Assembly: GCA_965216875.1 (NCBI GenBank)
Contig: OZ244207.1
Coordinates: forward strand, 6,560,001 to 6,624,000
From: Rubripirellula sp.
Lineage (GTDB): Bacteria > Planctomycetota > Planctomycetia > Pirellulales > Pirellulaceae
Length of the DNA stretch: 64,000 nucleotides
Direction: 5' to 3'
Of the stretch, positions 34,513 to 43,049 are shown piece by piece; position 1 is the stretch's first letter; each line of letters begins with the position of its first letter. The notes beneath the pieces were generated by a model that saw nothing but the letters and a program-made list of their open reading frames with translations, ran no database searches and was not told the DNA's origin. The position numbers were made by a program, and so were the translations under genes.

Positions 34513-37263
34513 ATGAATAGCGAACATAACTCCGAAGCGCTGTCATTGGACGAGTCACGCGATCTGCTGAGCGAAGTCCGATGCGCCGCTGATCCACAGA
34601 CCAACCTGCATGAATTCGCAGGCTTGCTCTGTCAGTTGATCGACCTGTACGACCGTGCGGACGACGACCAAATCGCCCAGTTCGTCGGTAGCGGTCTCGA
34701 TGAAGTCCGCCAAGTGATGGACGCCGACGGATCGACTTCACAGAAAATGGAATCGCTCGGCGACGAAGCGATCAACCGCTGGGGCGAGCAACTTTCGTCG
34801 CTCGATGATGGCGACGAGGCTTCAATCGACGCTTGGGAAATGTCTGGCGGCGGCGACGCCGATACGGATTCCGATGCGGCAGACGATGATCTGATCGCAC
34901 CGAGCGCTGATGAAATCGGTTCGTTGTTGGCACAGCTTGGTGGTGGCGCCGCGCCAGCGCCAGAAGCTGCGCCTGCTGCCCAACCTACGGCTCAAGCCTC
35001 GCCCCAACCAACAGCTCAGGCCACACGCCCGACGCCCGTGATCGTCGAAGAGGAAGACGAAGGGCCGGAGATGACGGTCGACAAGCTTGATCCCGAACTT
35101 CGTGAAGCCTTTATGGACGACGCTTCCGGATGTTTGGCATCGATGGAAGATGCGTCGTTGCGATTGGAAGCCAATCCAAGCGACGGCGACTCGCTCAATC
35201 AGATGTGCCGCGAGCTTCACACGCTCAAAGGTGCATCGGCAAGTGTTGGATTGACCTCGCTCGCCGACCAGATGCACAAACTCGAAGATCAATTGAGGGA
35301 CGACCAACAATCGGGTCGAGCACCCGACATCAACGAACTGTTGAAGTGCGTTGATTCGGTGCGTGCTCAAGTGCTGGGCGAAGAGGCGGAGACGGCCGGC
35401 GATGCTCCTGCCCCCGCGCCTTCAGCGGCTCCCTCGCCGGCGCCGACGCAAACAACGGCTCCCGCCCCAGCGGCTTCGAAACCGGCTGCCCCTGCAACGC
35501 CGGCACCCGCCAAGTTGACCGGCTTTTCGGGCGAAGCGGCAAGCGATGACGAATCCGTTCGCGTGAAAGCATCGCAGCTGAATCGTTTGATGGACATGTT
35601 GGCCGAACTGGTCATGCTGCGTAACCGCCGCGAAACCGAGTTGGCGGATCTGCAAGAGATCTATCACGAATTGATCGGCAGCGTTTCCAAGATGCGTCTG
35701 TTGAGCAACGAAGGTCACATCGAATCGACGGCGACCAAGTCGGTTCAACTTTCCGAAGTTGCCAATGATGTTTTGGAAGCGGCTCAGCACCTTCGCAACT
35801 GTGCACGACCCGTTGCCGAAGCAAATACAGCCGTTTCCGGCTTCATCCGTCAGTTTCGTCAAGAACTGGTCGAACTGCGTCGTACTCCCGTATCGGGATT
35901 GTTTCGCCGCTTGCAACGCGTCGTTCGCGATGCCGCTCAAGCCGAAGCGAAACAGGTACGGTTGGAACTTGTTGGCGAAGATGCCGGCATCGAACGCTCG
36001 CTCCAGCAACGACTTTATGAGCCGCTGCTGCACATCGTTCGTAACTGTGTTTGCCACGGTATCGAAGACGCCGAGGGGCGTGCGCGTTCTGGGAAAGACC
36101 CTGTTGGCACGATCACTTTGGAAGCCAACTCGGGCCCCGAACTGTTCACGATCGAAATCCGCGACGATGGCAAAGGCCTCGACTACGACGCGATTCGCCG
36201 ACGCGGTATCGAGTCGGGTTTGATTTCGGCCAACCAAGTGCCGACGCGCGAAGAATTGTCGCAGCTGATTTTCCAACCCGGGTTTTCGACCCGTCAAACC
36301 GCCAACCAGGTTGCGGGCCGCGGCGTTGGAATGGACGTTGTCGCATCGACCCTGCAACGCATGCGAGGCTGGTTGGAAGTCGATTCCGAACCGAATAAGG
36401 GAACGCGAATCCGTTTGAGCTTCCCGCTACCCTCGGTCATTCAACACGCGATGGTCTTCCGGTCGGCCGGGCAATTGTTCGCTTTGCCGATGCAATCGGT
36501 TCAAACCGCTGGCGATACCTCGGAAAAAACTCTCTGTTTGGCATTGTCGAATCTGCTTGGAAGCGACGCGGTGATCGAGCCAGAGAATTGCCAACGCATC
36601 ACCTTGGCCGATGACAACGCCAAGTCGGTCACCTTGCTTGTTGACGAGATTGTCGGACCCGAAGAACTCGTGGTTCGACCACTGCCAACCCTGTTGAAAC
36701 AACATCCGTTCTGTGGCGGTGCGACGTTGTCGGGGATGGGCGAAACCGTCCTGCTTCTAGATGCACACCGAGTGGTCGAGTCGCAGTCACGCCGTATGCG
36801 AAGTTTGGACTTGTCGGCTGCAGCGGCTGGCCCGGCACCACAACGACCTCGCGTGTTGGTTGTCGACGATTCGCTGAGTGCGCGCAAACGCGTCGTTCGC
36901 TCACTGCGGCGATACGCCGTTGACATCGTCGAAGCATCTGACGGCAAAGAAGCACTCGAGATCCTCAAACGTGATGCCTTTGTCGCGATCTTTAGCGATA
37001 TGGAAATGCCACACGTCACGGGGATGGAGTTGCTTGCGGAAGTGAACGCCGAATCGGCAATCGATCCACCGCCGGTTGTGATCATCAGCAGCCGCAACGA
37101 AGACGAATTCACTGGCCGCGCACGCGAGCTCGGCGCGACCGACTACTTGATTAAACCACTTGCCGACGAAGCTCTTGACGGAGCCCTCGCCAGCATTCCG
37201 GCCTTGAGCCACCTGTTAACTGATTATGCGTCAACACTGCAAACGAGCGGAGAGATTCAATGA
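34513..37263 (+). CDS. cheA: Hybrid CheA kinase (Hpt - dimerisation - HATPase - CheW - REC)
   Basis: RELHTLKGAS Hpt, SVRVKASQLNRLMDMLAELV, PLLHIVRNCVCHGIE, IRDDGKG, FQPGFST...GRGVGMDVV, C-terminal REC (VVDDS, FSDMEMP, IKP). Confidence 0.95.
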   Translation: MNSEHNSEALSLDESRDLLSEVRCAADPQTNLHEFAGLLCQLIDLYDRADDDQIAQFVGSGLDEVRQVMDADGSTSQKMESLGDEAINRWGEQLSSLDDGDEASIDAWEMSGGGDADTDSDAADDDLIAPSADEIGSLLAQLGGGAAPAPEAAPAAQPTAQASPQPTAQATRPTPVIVEEEDEGPEMTVDKLDPELREAFMDDASGCLASMEDASLRLEANPSDGDSLNQMCRELHTLKGASASVGLTSLADQMHKLEDQLRDDQQSGRAPDINELLKCVDSVRAQVLGEEAETAGDAPAPAPSAAPSPAPTQTTAPAPAASKPAAPATPAPAKLTGFSGEAASDDESVRVKASQLNRLMDMLAELVMLRNRRETELADLQEIYHELIGSVSKMRLLSNEGHIESTATKSVQLSEVANDVLEAAQHLRNCARPVAEANTAVSGFIRQFRQELVELRRTPVSGLFRRLQRVVRDAAQAEAKQVRLELVGEDAGIERSLQQRLYEPLLHIVRNCVCHGIEDAEGRARSGKDPVGTITLEANSGPELFTIEIRDDGKGLDYDAIRRRGIESGLISANQVPTREELSQLIFQPGFSTRQTANQVAGRGVGMDVVASTLQRMRGWLEVDSEPNKGTRIRLSFPLPSVIQHAMVFRSAGQLFALPMQSVQTAGDTSEKTLCLALSNLLGSDAVIEPENCQRITLADDNAKSVTLLVDEIVGPEELVVRPLPTLLKQHPFCGGATLSGMGETVLLLDAHRVVESQSRRMRSLDLSAAAAGPAPQRPRVLVVDDSLSARKRVVRSLRRYAVDIVEASDGKEALEILKRDAFVAIFSDMEMPHVTGMELLAEVNAESAIDPPPVVIISSRNEDEFTGRARELGATDYLIKPLADEALDGALASIPALSHLLTDYASTLQTSGEIQ

Positions 37264-38879
37264 GCGACAAAACGGTATTGGTGATCGACGACAGCGCGAC
37301 GATACGTAAGCTGGTCGATACACACCTGAGTCCTGTCGGCTACCGCGTCGTGCTTGCACCCAACGCAGAAGATGGTCTTGAGTTGGCAGCGGAGGTCGGA
37401 CCGGACCTGATCCTGTTGGACCACCAGCTTCCCGGCACGACGGGGTACGATGTCGCATCGCAACTGGCAGCGACGCCTGAATTGGCCGCGATCCCAGTGG
37501 TGATCAGCTCGACGCTTCGCAAAAAGGCCTACGCCGAATACATCGACTTGGACAATGTCGTTGACATGTTGCCCAAGCCCTACACCGAAGACCTGTTGCG
37601 CACGACTGTCGCCAACGCTCTTGAAACGGCTGCGATGATTGTCGGATCGCAATCGCAAGGGTCGGCAGTTCCTGAAGTCATCAATCAACTTGATGAAGCT
37701 GCGTTGACGGGCACGCTGGCCTACTTTGGCCTTCGTGAGCTATTGGACTTTTTGAACAACGGTCGCAAAGTTGGTGTCCTTGAAGTCGAAGCGGATCGTA
37801 CTCGAATTCGTTTCCACTTGGACAAGGGTCGGATTCAAGGTGTTTACGCATCGGGCATCGATGGCGCACAGATCGACGAAATGGTCAATCGATTGCCAAA
37901 GTCGTTGGCCAACCTTGCACCGGTCATGAAAATGACCATCGGCGGACGCAGCTGTGCGGAAGTTGACGGCTTCGTCCAGCTCCTCGACCAGAAAGTGCTC
38001 GATCCGCGGTTGATGACAAAGCTGTTGCGTTACCAGGCTGCGATGTTGGTCCGCTATGCCTTTACCCAGCAATTGAAACTGTTCCGATTCGAAGCGGGCC
38101 ACATCGAAAACACGTTGCACAAGAACTTGCCGCTCGACATCTCGCTGCTCGCGTTGCTTGTCGAAGGTTGCATTCACGGCGAAGCCGAAAACCAAGCGGG
38201 CGGTCAGAACGAGACATTCGTGCGCCGAGCCATTCGTGGCCAGAACCTTGACCGCGCAGGGCTTTCAGCTCGTCACATGAAAGTGTTGAACGCCCTTTCG
38301 GATCCGAAGGGTACGGACGAGCTTTCCGCATCGCTTGGCTGGGACGAGGATGAAGTCCGTCAGGTGCTTGCTGGATTTGAAATGGCCGAATTGGTTGAAC
38401 GCCGAGCTCAAGCGGTCGCGGGTCAATTCGTTGTTTATGAACCCGATTCGGTGCAAGCTCAAGCGTTGCGATCATCGCTCGAAGATTCGGACAACCGATA
38501 CTCCGGCAAAGTCGTTCGCGACAAGCTCGCGATGCAATTGGTTCTTAAACGCTCCGTTCCCCACACGCTCATCTTCTCGGTTGATGAGGATGCGTCGTGC
38601 GAGTTGATTCGCCAACTCTTTGCAACGGAAAACCCCAACGCTGCACGCGTCAAGCGAATCGCTATCGCTTCGGGTGACAGTAACGACACCAATTGGGAAG
38701 AGCGGCTTGGCTTCACGCCGGACGACGTGATCTCGCGTCCATGCACCGCCGAGTTGATGTTCCGCTCGATGGATCGTCTGCTCGGTGCGAACCAAAACGA
38801 ACACGACGGGGCCATCGTGGACATCGTTTCAAGTGCCGGCGGAGTCGGTGCGGCTCAAGCCACAGGAGTGGAAGCATGA
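37260..38879 (+). CDS. Response regulator REC - DUF4388/PATAN-like - wHTH - pseudo-REC
   Basis: Intact REC (VIDDS, LLDHQLP, LPKP); ALTGTLAYFGLRELLDFLNNGRKVGVLEV typical of DUF4388; degenerate REC at the end; ATGA overlap with cheA. Confidence 0.82.
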   Translation: MSDKTVLVIDDSATIRKLVDTHLSPVGYRVVLAPNAEDGLELAAEVGPDLILLDHQLPGTTGYDVASQLAATPELAAIPVVISSTLRKKAYAEYIDLDNVVDMLPKPYTEDLLRTTVANALETAAMIVGSQSQGSAVPEVINQLDEAALTGTLAYFGLRELLDFLNNGRKVGVLEVEADRTRIRFHLDKGRIQGVYASGIDGAQIDEMVNRLPKSLANLAPVMKMTIGGRSCAEVDGFVQLLDQKVLDPRLMTKLLRYQAAMLVRYAFTQQLKLFRFEAGHIENTLHKNLPLDISLLALLVEGCIHGEAENQAGGQNETFVRRAIRGQNLDRAGLSARHMKVLNALSDPKGTDELSASLGWDEDEVRQVLAGFEMAELVERRAQAVAGQFVVYEPDSVQAQALRSSLEDSDNRYSGKVVRDKLAMQLVLKRSVPHTLIFSVDEDASCELIRQLFATENPNAARVKRIAIASGDSNDTNWEERLGFTPDDVISRPCTAELMFRSMDRLLGANQNEHDGAIVDIVSSAGGVGAAQATGVEA

Positions 38880-40291
38880 TTTCACAAGACACTCAATCAA
38901 CCGTCACGTTGACCGCACGTCATCGCGGCGGCGCCATCAAGAAACACGACCTTTGCAAAGACCAGGGCGTCTTTGTGGGGACATCGTCCAACTGCGGTCT
39001 GCAACTTGACGGCGAAGGTCTGTCAGAAATCCACTGCCGTCTCGAGTTCAATGAAGGCGAGCTGTGGGTTCAGGACTGGATGTCGGCCAACGGAACCTCG
39101 GTCAACGGAAACGCGATCGACGGAAACCACAAGGTTGGTTCGGGCGATGTGATCCGAATCGGTGACTACGAAATCACGCTCGGCGAGTTTTCAGCACCGG
39201 CGTCGACCCAAAACGAAGACCTGGGGCAAAACGACTTCGCTCAGGCCAACACGCAGACTTCGCTTGACGAGCCAGCGACGAGCGACGACGCGAGCGCAAG
39301 CTATGCCGACGAACCGGCCGGTTTCGAGGATGGAAGCGATGCTGATTCGACGGAGTCGGCCGATCAAGAGCCTGCTTTCGACGAACCGGCAAACGACAGT
39401 TTTGCCGCCGAAGAGCCCCAAATGGACTTTTCGTCGGACTTCTTCGACATCGAAGAAGAAGAGACCTACGACCGCGAAACGGTCGCGTTGCTGCAAGCCG
39501 AAATCGAAGACCTGCAAGCACAGCTTGCACAACGCGATGCCGAAGCGACGCATACGCCAGCCGCTTCCGAACACGTTGATCGAAATCCAGAAGACTCGGA
39601 TGAAGTCCTGGCGCGAATGCAGGAATTGATCGACGAAGCCAACCGAAGTGACGAACGCGTTGGCATCCTCGAAGAACTGCTTCATGCGGCCGAGGAAGCG
39701 AATCGTTCCGAACAAGAAGAGCGAGGTCAATTGGAAGCCTGGGTCGGTGACATCGAACGACGAATCGGCCAACGCGAAGAAGAGCACGCAGCCGAACTCG
39801 AGGCATTGCGAGCGCGTTTGGAAGAGGCCAACGACGAACAGGATCGTTTGCAACGTCAACTGCGCCAGGTTGCCGCTAGCGGTGGCGGTGGCGGAGCTGC
39901 GCCAAAGCAATACGAAGAAACGCTCGAGAAATTGCAGCAATCCAATCGCGAACTGCAGGAAGAACTTGGTGAGTCGCAAAAGCAGATCCGCCAACTCGAA
40001 CAACGCGCCGAAGAGCAATCGGAATTGAGCGAGTCGGCGCTGCGTGAAGAGCGAGCCAAGCTGGCCAAAGAACAAGCCGAGCTTTCACGGATGCGGTTCG
40101 AGATTTCGAGCAAGATCAAGGACGTCGAAGAGATGCCGAAGTCCGAAAACGCTCAAGATCGTGAAACGGCGGCCCGCATTCAAACCTTGCGACAGCACCT
40201 GCGTGAAATCCACGAACAGGAAAAGCAAGAGGAACGCGAAGCACCTTTGACGTCTCGCTTGAAGAAGCTCTGGAAACGCGTCGAGTACTAG
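38876..40291 (+). CDS. FHA domain plus acidic linker plus long coiled-coil protein
   Basis: FVGTSSNCGLQL...LSEIHCRL...DWMSANGTSVNG...GDVIRIG; about 250 aa of heptads; ATGA overlap with the upstream gene. Confidence 0.88.
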   Translation: MISQDTQSTVTLTARHRGGAIKKHDLCKDQGVFVGTSSNCGLQLDGEGLSEIHCRLEFNEGELWVQDWMSANGTSVNGNAIDGNHKVGSGDVIRIGDYEITLGEFSAPASTQNEDLGQNDFAQANTQTSLDEPATSDDASASYADEPAGFEDGSDADSTESADQEPAFDEPANDSFAAEEPQMDFSSDFFDIEEEETYDRETVALLQAEIEDLQAQLAQRDAEATHTPAASEHVDRNPEDSDEVLARMQELIDEANRSDERVGILEELLHAAEEANRSEQEERGQLEAWVGDIERRIGQREEEHAAELEALRARLEEANDEQDRLQRQLRQVAASGGGGGAAPKQYEETLEKLQQSNRELQEELGESQKQIRQLEQRAEEQSELSESALREERAKLAKEQAELSRMRFEISSKIKDVEEMPKSENAQDRETAARIQTLRQHLREIHEQEKQEEREAPLTSRLKKLWKRVEY

Positions 40292-40373
40292 ACGAAGACG
40301 AACGGCACCTCGGTCAATGTGTTGGCCGAGGCTTGAAAACAGCATCAATGATTGATTGCCCCACCACAAAACC

Positions 40374-41039
40374 ATGAACACGCATCCATCGACGACCGAT
40401 TTGCACAGTCTGGATCTCGCCACGGCGACTCCAGAAGCAATCGTCGCTGCGCTCGAAGAGGTGATCGCAGACGTTAACACGTTTCTGGCTGACTTTTGCG
40501 TGCGTGTCGGGCGGCAATCCGTTCCGGCCGAATCGCAAGACAAGCCGAATGAAGCGAAGTTGCGACGCGCGATCGAGGACCTGAAGGTCGAACGCGACCT
40601 TTGGGAAGCACGAAAGCAAAACGAAGAGGCTCGGATTCAAGAGAAGATCGACCAGCTGTCTGCAGCTTGGTTGCGACTTGAAGAAGAACAACGCGCGTTT
40701 TTGCAGATGACTCAAGGAAACCCGACGGCCGCTCACCGCGCCGCCGCGAATCCACCGACGACGGCTCAGCCTGCACCCACCGTGCAAGCCCCGTCACACC
40801 CAATGGCGGCTCCTTCGACGGCAGCACAACCGGTGCGCAGTCCCAGTGAGCTTATTGACCAGGCGCCTGCCGCTGCGGCAACGCCAAGTCAGCTTGTACG
40901 AACCACCCCGGAAACGCGACCAGTCGCGCCGCCTGTGCCAGAACAAGGTACGGCCAAGCCACGCGAGGACGCGGTTCTTCAATTTCAACGACTTCGACAA
41001 GAGATTGAGTCGAGTCGACCAAAGTCAGGCCAGCACTAA
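40374..41039 (+). CDS. Hypothetical coiled-coil plus Pro/Ala/Thr-rich linker plus C-terminal helix protein
   Basis: Coiled coil LRRAIEDLKVERDLWEARKQNEEARIQEKIDQLSAAWLRLEEEQR; C-terminal REDAVLQFQRLRQEIE; co-oriented within the cluster. Confidence 0.75.
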   Translation: MNTHPSTTDLHSLDLATATPEAIVAALEEVIADVNTFLADFCVRVGRQSVPAESQDKPNEAKLRRAIEDLKVERDLWEARKQNEEARIQEKIDQLSAAWLRLEEEQRAFLQMTQGNPTAAHRAAANPPTTAQPAPTVQAPSHPMAAPSTAAQPVRSPSELIDQAPAAAATPSQLVRTTPETRPVAPPVPEQGTAKPREDAVLQFQRLRQEIESSRPKSGQH

Positions 41040-41082
41040 GCTAGCCAATGTCATTCACGCTTTTTAAGCGGGAGAAACAAGA

Positions 41083-42126
41083 GTGTCACTAACAGCCCTA
41101 TTTGCAGACGCAGTCGGAAAGTGGAAACATCGTCCGGTCGTCCATGTCGACATGGAGGCAGGCTTTCCAGATGTCTCAGAGGCACCCCCGGACAGCCGAC
41201 GTTTGATTCGCGACCGACGATACAGCCGCGTGCTTTCGAGCCAAGGCGATGTGCCGTTTGATGATGTGTCGATCCGATGCGCTTGGAAAGCGCTCTCGCA
41301 CGAAATGGCAATCGTTCCTGGTGGCGAAGTGCGTTTGATGAGCGATACCGCCGTTGACCAAGGCTACGGTTACGAACTTGCGTCGTACGCCGGCGAGATG
41401 GTTGCGGTCGAATCGATCTATCTCGATCGAGACTGCATCACCAACGCCGACTACGCTCGCTTTGTTGATGCCGGTGGCTATGGCGACGTCAACCTGTGGC
41501 CCGAAGAAACGCTACCCAACGTGTTGCAATTCGTCGACCGTAGTGGCCGACCGGGACCATGTTTCTGGAGCGACGGCAAGCCACCAGAGGACCAGCTTGA
41601 TCATCCGGTCACTGGCATCTGTTGGTACGAAGCCAACGCGTTCGCGACTTGGGCGGGCAAGCGATTGCCAACGACCGAAGAATGGCAGCGCGCCGGAACT
41701 TGGCCGAAAGGACATTCGGGTGACACCGCCGAGCAACGGTATCCGTGGGGTAACTCATTCGATCCAGCCAAGGCCAACGTCTGGGCCAGCAACTTGGGCG
41801 GGACCGTTCCCGTGAGCCAAATCAATTCGGGGAACACTCCCAATGGTGTTCGCCAATTGGTTGGCAACGTTTGGGAATGGGTCGACGCTCAGTTCTATCC
41901 CGGTGCCTGTGAAGGCGCGTCAATTGTTCTCGACCAAACGATGGCCGAGATTCGCGGCGGTGCGTTCGACACGTACTTCCCCTCACAGGCGACCTGCCAA
42001 TTCCGCACCGGTCAACCATTGTTGTTCCGAGGTGCGAATGTCGGCTTCCGCTGTTGTGTTTCGGCAAACAGTTTGCCCAACCCACCTGAAAACCAACCTG
42101 CCAATAACGACGAGCCGCAATCATGA
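41083..42126 (+). CDS. FGE-sulfatase (SUMF1) fold protein
   Basis: ITNADYARFV, HPVTGICWYEANAFATWAGKRLPTTEEW, RYPWG, GNVWEW, RGG, NVGFRC; the catalytic Cys pair motif of true FGE is absent. GTG start after GGGAG. Confidence 0.9.
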   Translation: MSLTALFADAVGKWKHRPVVHVDMEAGFPDVSEAPPDSRRLIRDRRYSRVLSSQGDVPFDDVSIRCAWKALSHEMAIVPGGEVRLMSDTAVDQGYGYELASYAGEMVAVESIYLDRDCITNADYARFVDAGGYGDVNLWPEETLPNVLQFVDRSGRPGPCFWSDGKPPEDQLDHPVTGICWYEANAFATWAGKRLPTTEEWQRAGTWPKGHSGDTAEQRYPWGNSFDPAKANVWASNLGGTVPVSQINSGNTPNGVRQLVGNVWEWVDAQFYPGACEGASIVLDQTMAEIRGGAFDTYFPSQATCQFRTGQPLLFRGANVGFRCCVSANSLPNPPENQPANNDEPQS

Positions 42127-43037
42127 TGACCACTCAACTGATTGATGGAATGCCAAGCATGGCAACGGAATGCATCTGCTGTCGCACTCGGCTCGCCGAG
42201 CAAGACGAATACTGTGGCGAATGCCAGACACCGGCATCGCTTTCGCGAACGGTGACGAACCGCGTCGGCGAACAGAACTTCATTTCCGTTCTCGGCGCCA
42301 GTAACGCTGGAAAGACCGTCTACTTGGGATTGCTGTTGGACATCCTTAGCAAGGGTCCCGACGAATTCCGCGGATCGGCGACAAGTGCGTTTTCGGTCGA
42401 CCTGCAAGAACAGGTGGTGACCGCTCTCGAACGCCGCACGTTCCCCGAAAAGACTCCCGCCGAAGCCGACGAATGGAAGTGGCTGCACTGCCAGATTTCG
42501 ATGGCCGGTGCAGGCAAGAAAGGCGCGACCGAAAACGTCGACTTGATTTCACCCGACTTCGCTGGCGAAGCGATCGCGATGGAGATCAACCAAGCTGGAC
42601 TCTATCCCGCGATCAAACATGTCGTCTCCAAATCGAGTGGTGTGCTGATCCTTTGCGACTCGATTCGAGTCCGCGATGAAGGAAGCAGCGAAGACTTGTT
42701 TGCGATGAAGCTCGCTTCATACATCGCCCAGCTTCATGGACTCAACGGCGACTTTTCCAAGAAAGGCTCGGCTGGTCCTTCGGTCGCCATCGTGTTCACC
42801 AAATGCGATGGTTGTCCGGAAGCGGTTGAAGATCCAGCGGCATTTGCGGCGAACAACACGTCGCGACTGTACGAGTTCTGTCGCCGCACGTTCCAACGCC
42901 ACGCCTTCTTTGCGGCAAGTGTTGCTGGAAGCTCGGGGATTTTGGCTGACGAACACGGCGTGCAAATGCGTTTGCCGTTCCACACCCAACCTCAAGGTGT
43001 CGTCGAACCACTGCAATGGATCGTCGGACGCGGTTGA
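42123..43037 (+). CDS. Zn-ribbon plus TRAFAC-class GTPase (double-GTPase 2-like)
   Basis: CICC...CGEC Zn ribbon; G1 GASNAGKT, G2 EKTP, G3 DFAGE, G4 TKCD, G5-like ASVAG, C-terminal PQGVVEPLQWI; ATGA overlap with the FGE gene. Confidence 0.85.
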   Translation: MMTTQLIDGMPSMATECICCRTRLAEQDEYCGECQTPASLSRTVTNRVGEQNFISVLGASNAGKTVYLGLLLDILSKGPDEFRGSATSAFSVDLQEQVVTALERRTFPEKTPAEADEWKWLHCQISMAGAGKKGATENVDLISPDFAGEAIAMEINQAGLYPAIKHVVSKSSGVLILCDSIRVRDEGSSEDLFAMKLASYIAQLHGLNGDFSKKGSAGPSVAIVFTKCDGCPEAVEDPAAFAANNTSRLYEFCRRTFQRHAFFAASVAGSSGILADEHGVQMRLPFHTQPQGVVEPLQWIVGRG

Positions 43038-43049
43038 TCAGGAGAAGTT

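Noticed and set aside
41083..42126. FGE/CLec protein as the target of a diversity-generating retroelement
   Set aside because: No reverse transcriptase and no template repeat noticed in the window; a remote DGR cannot be excluded.
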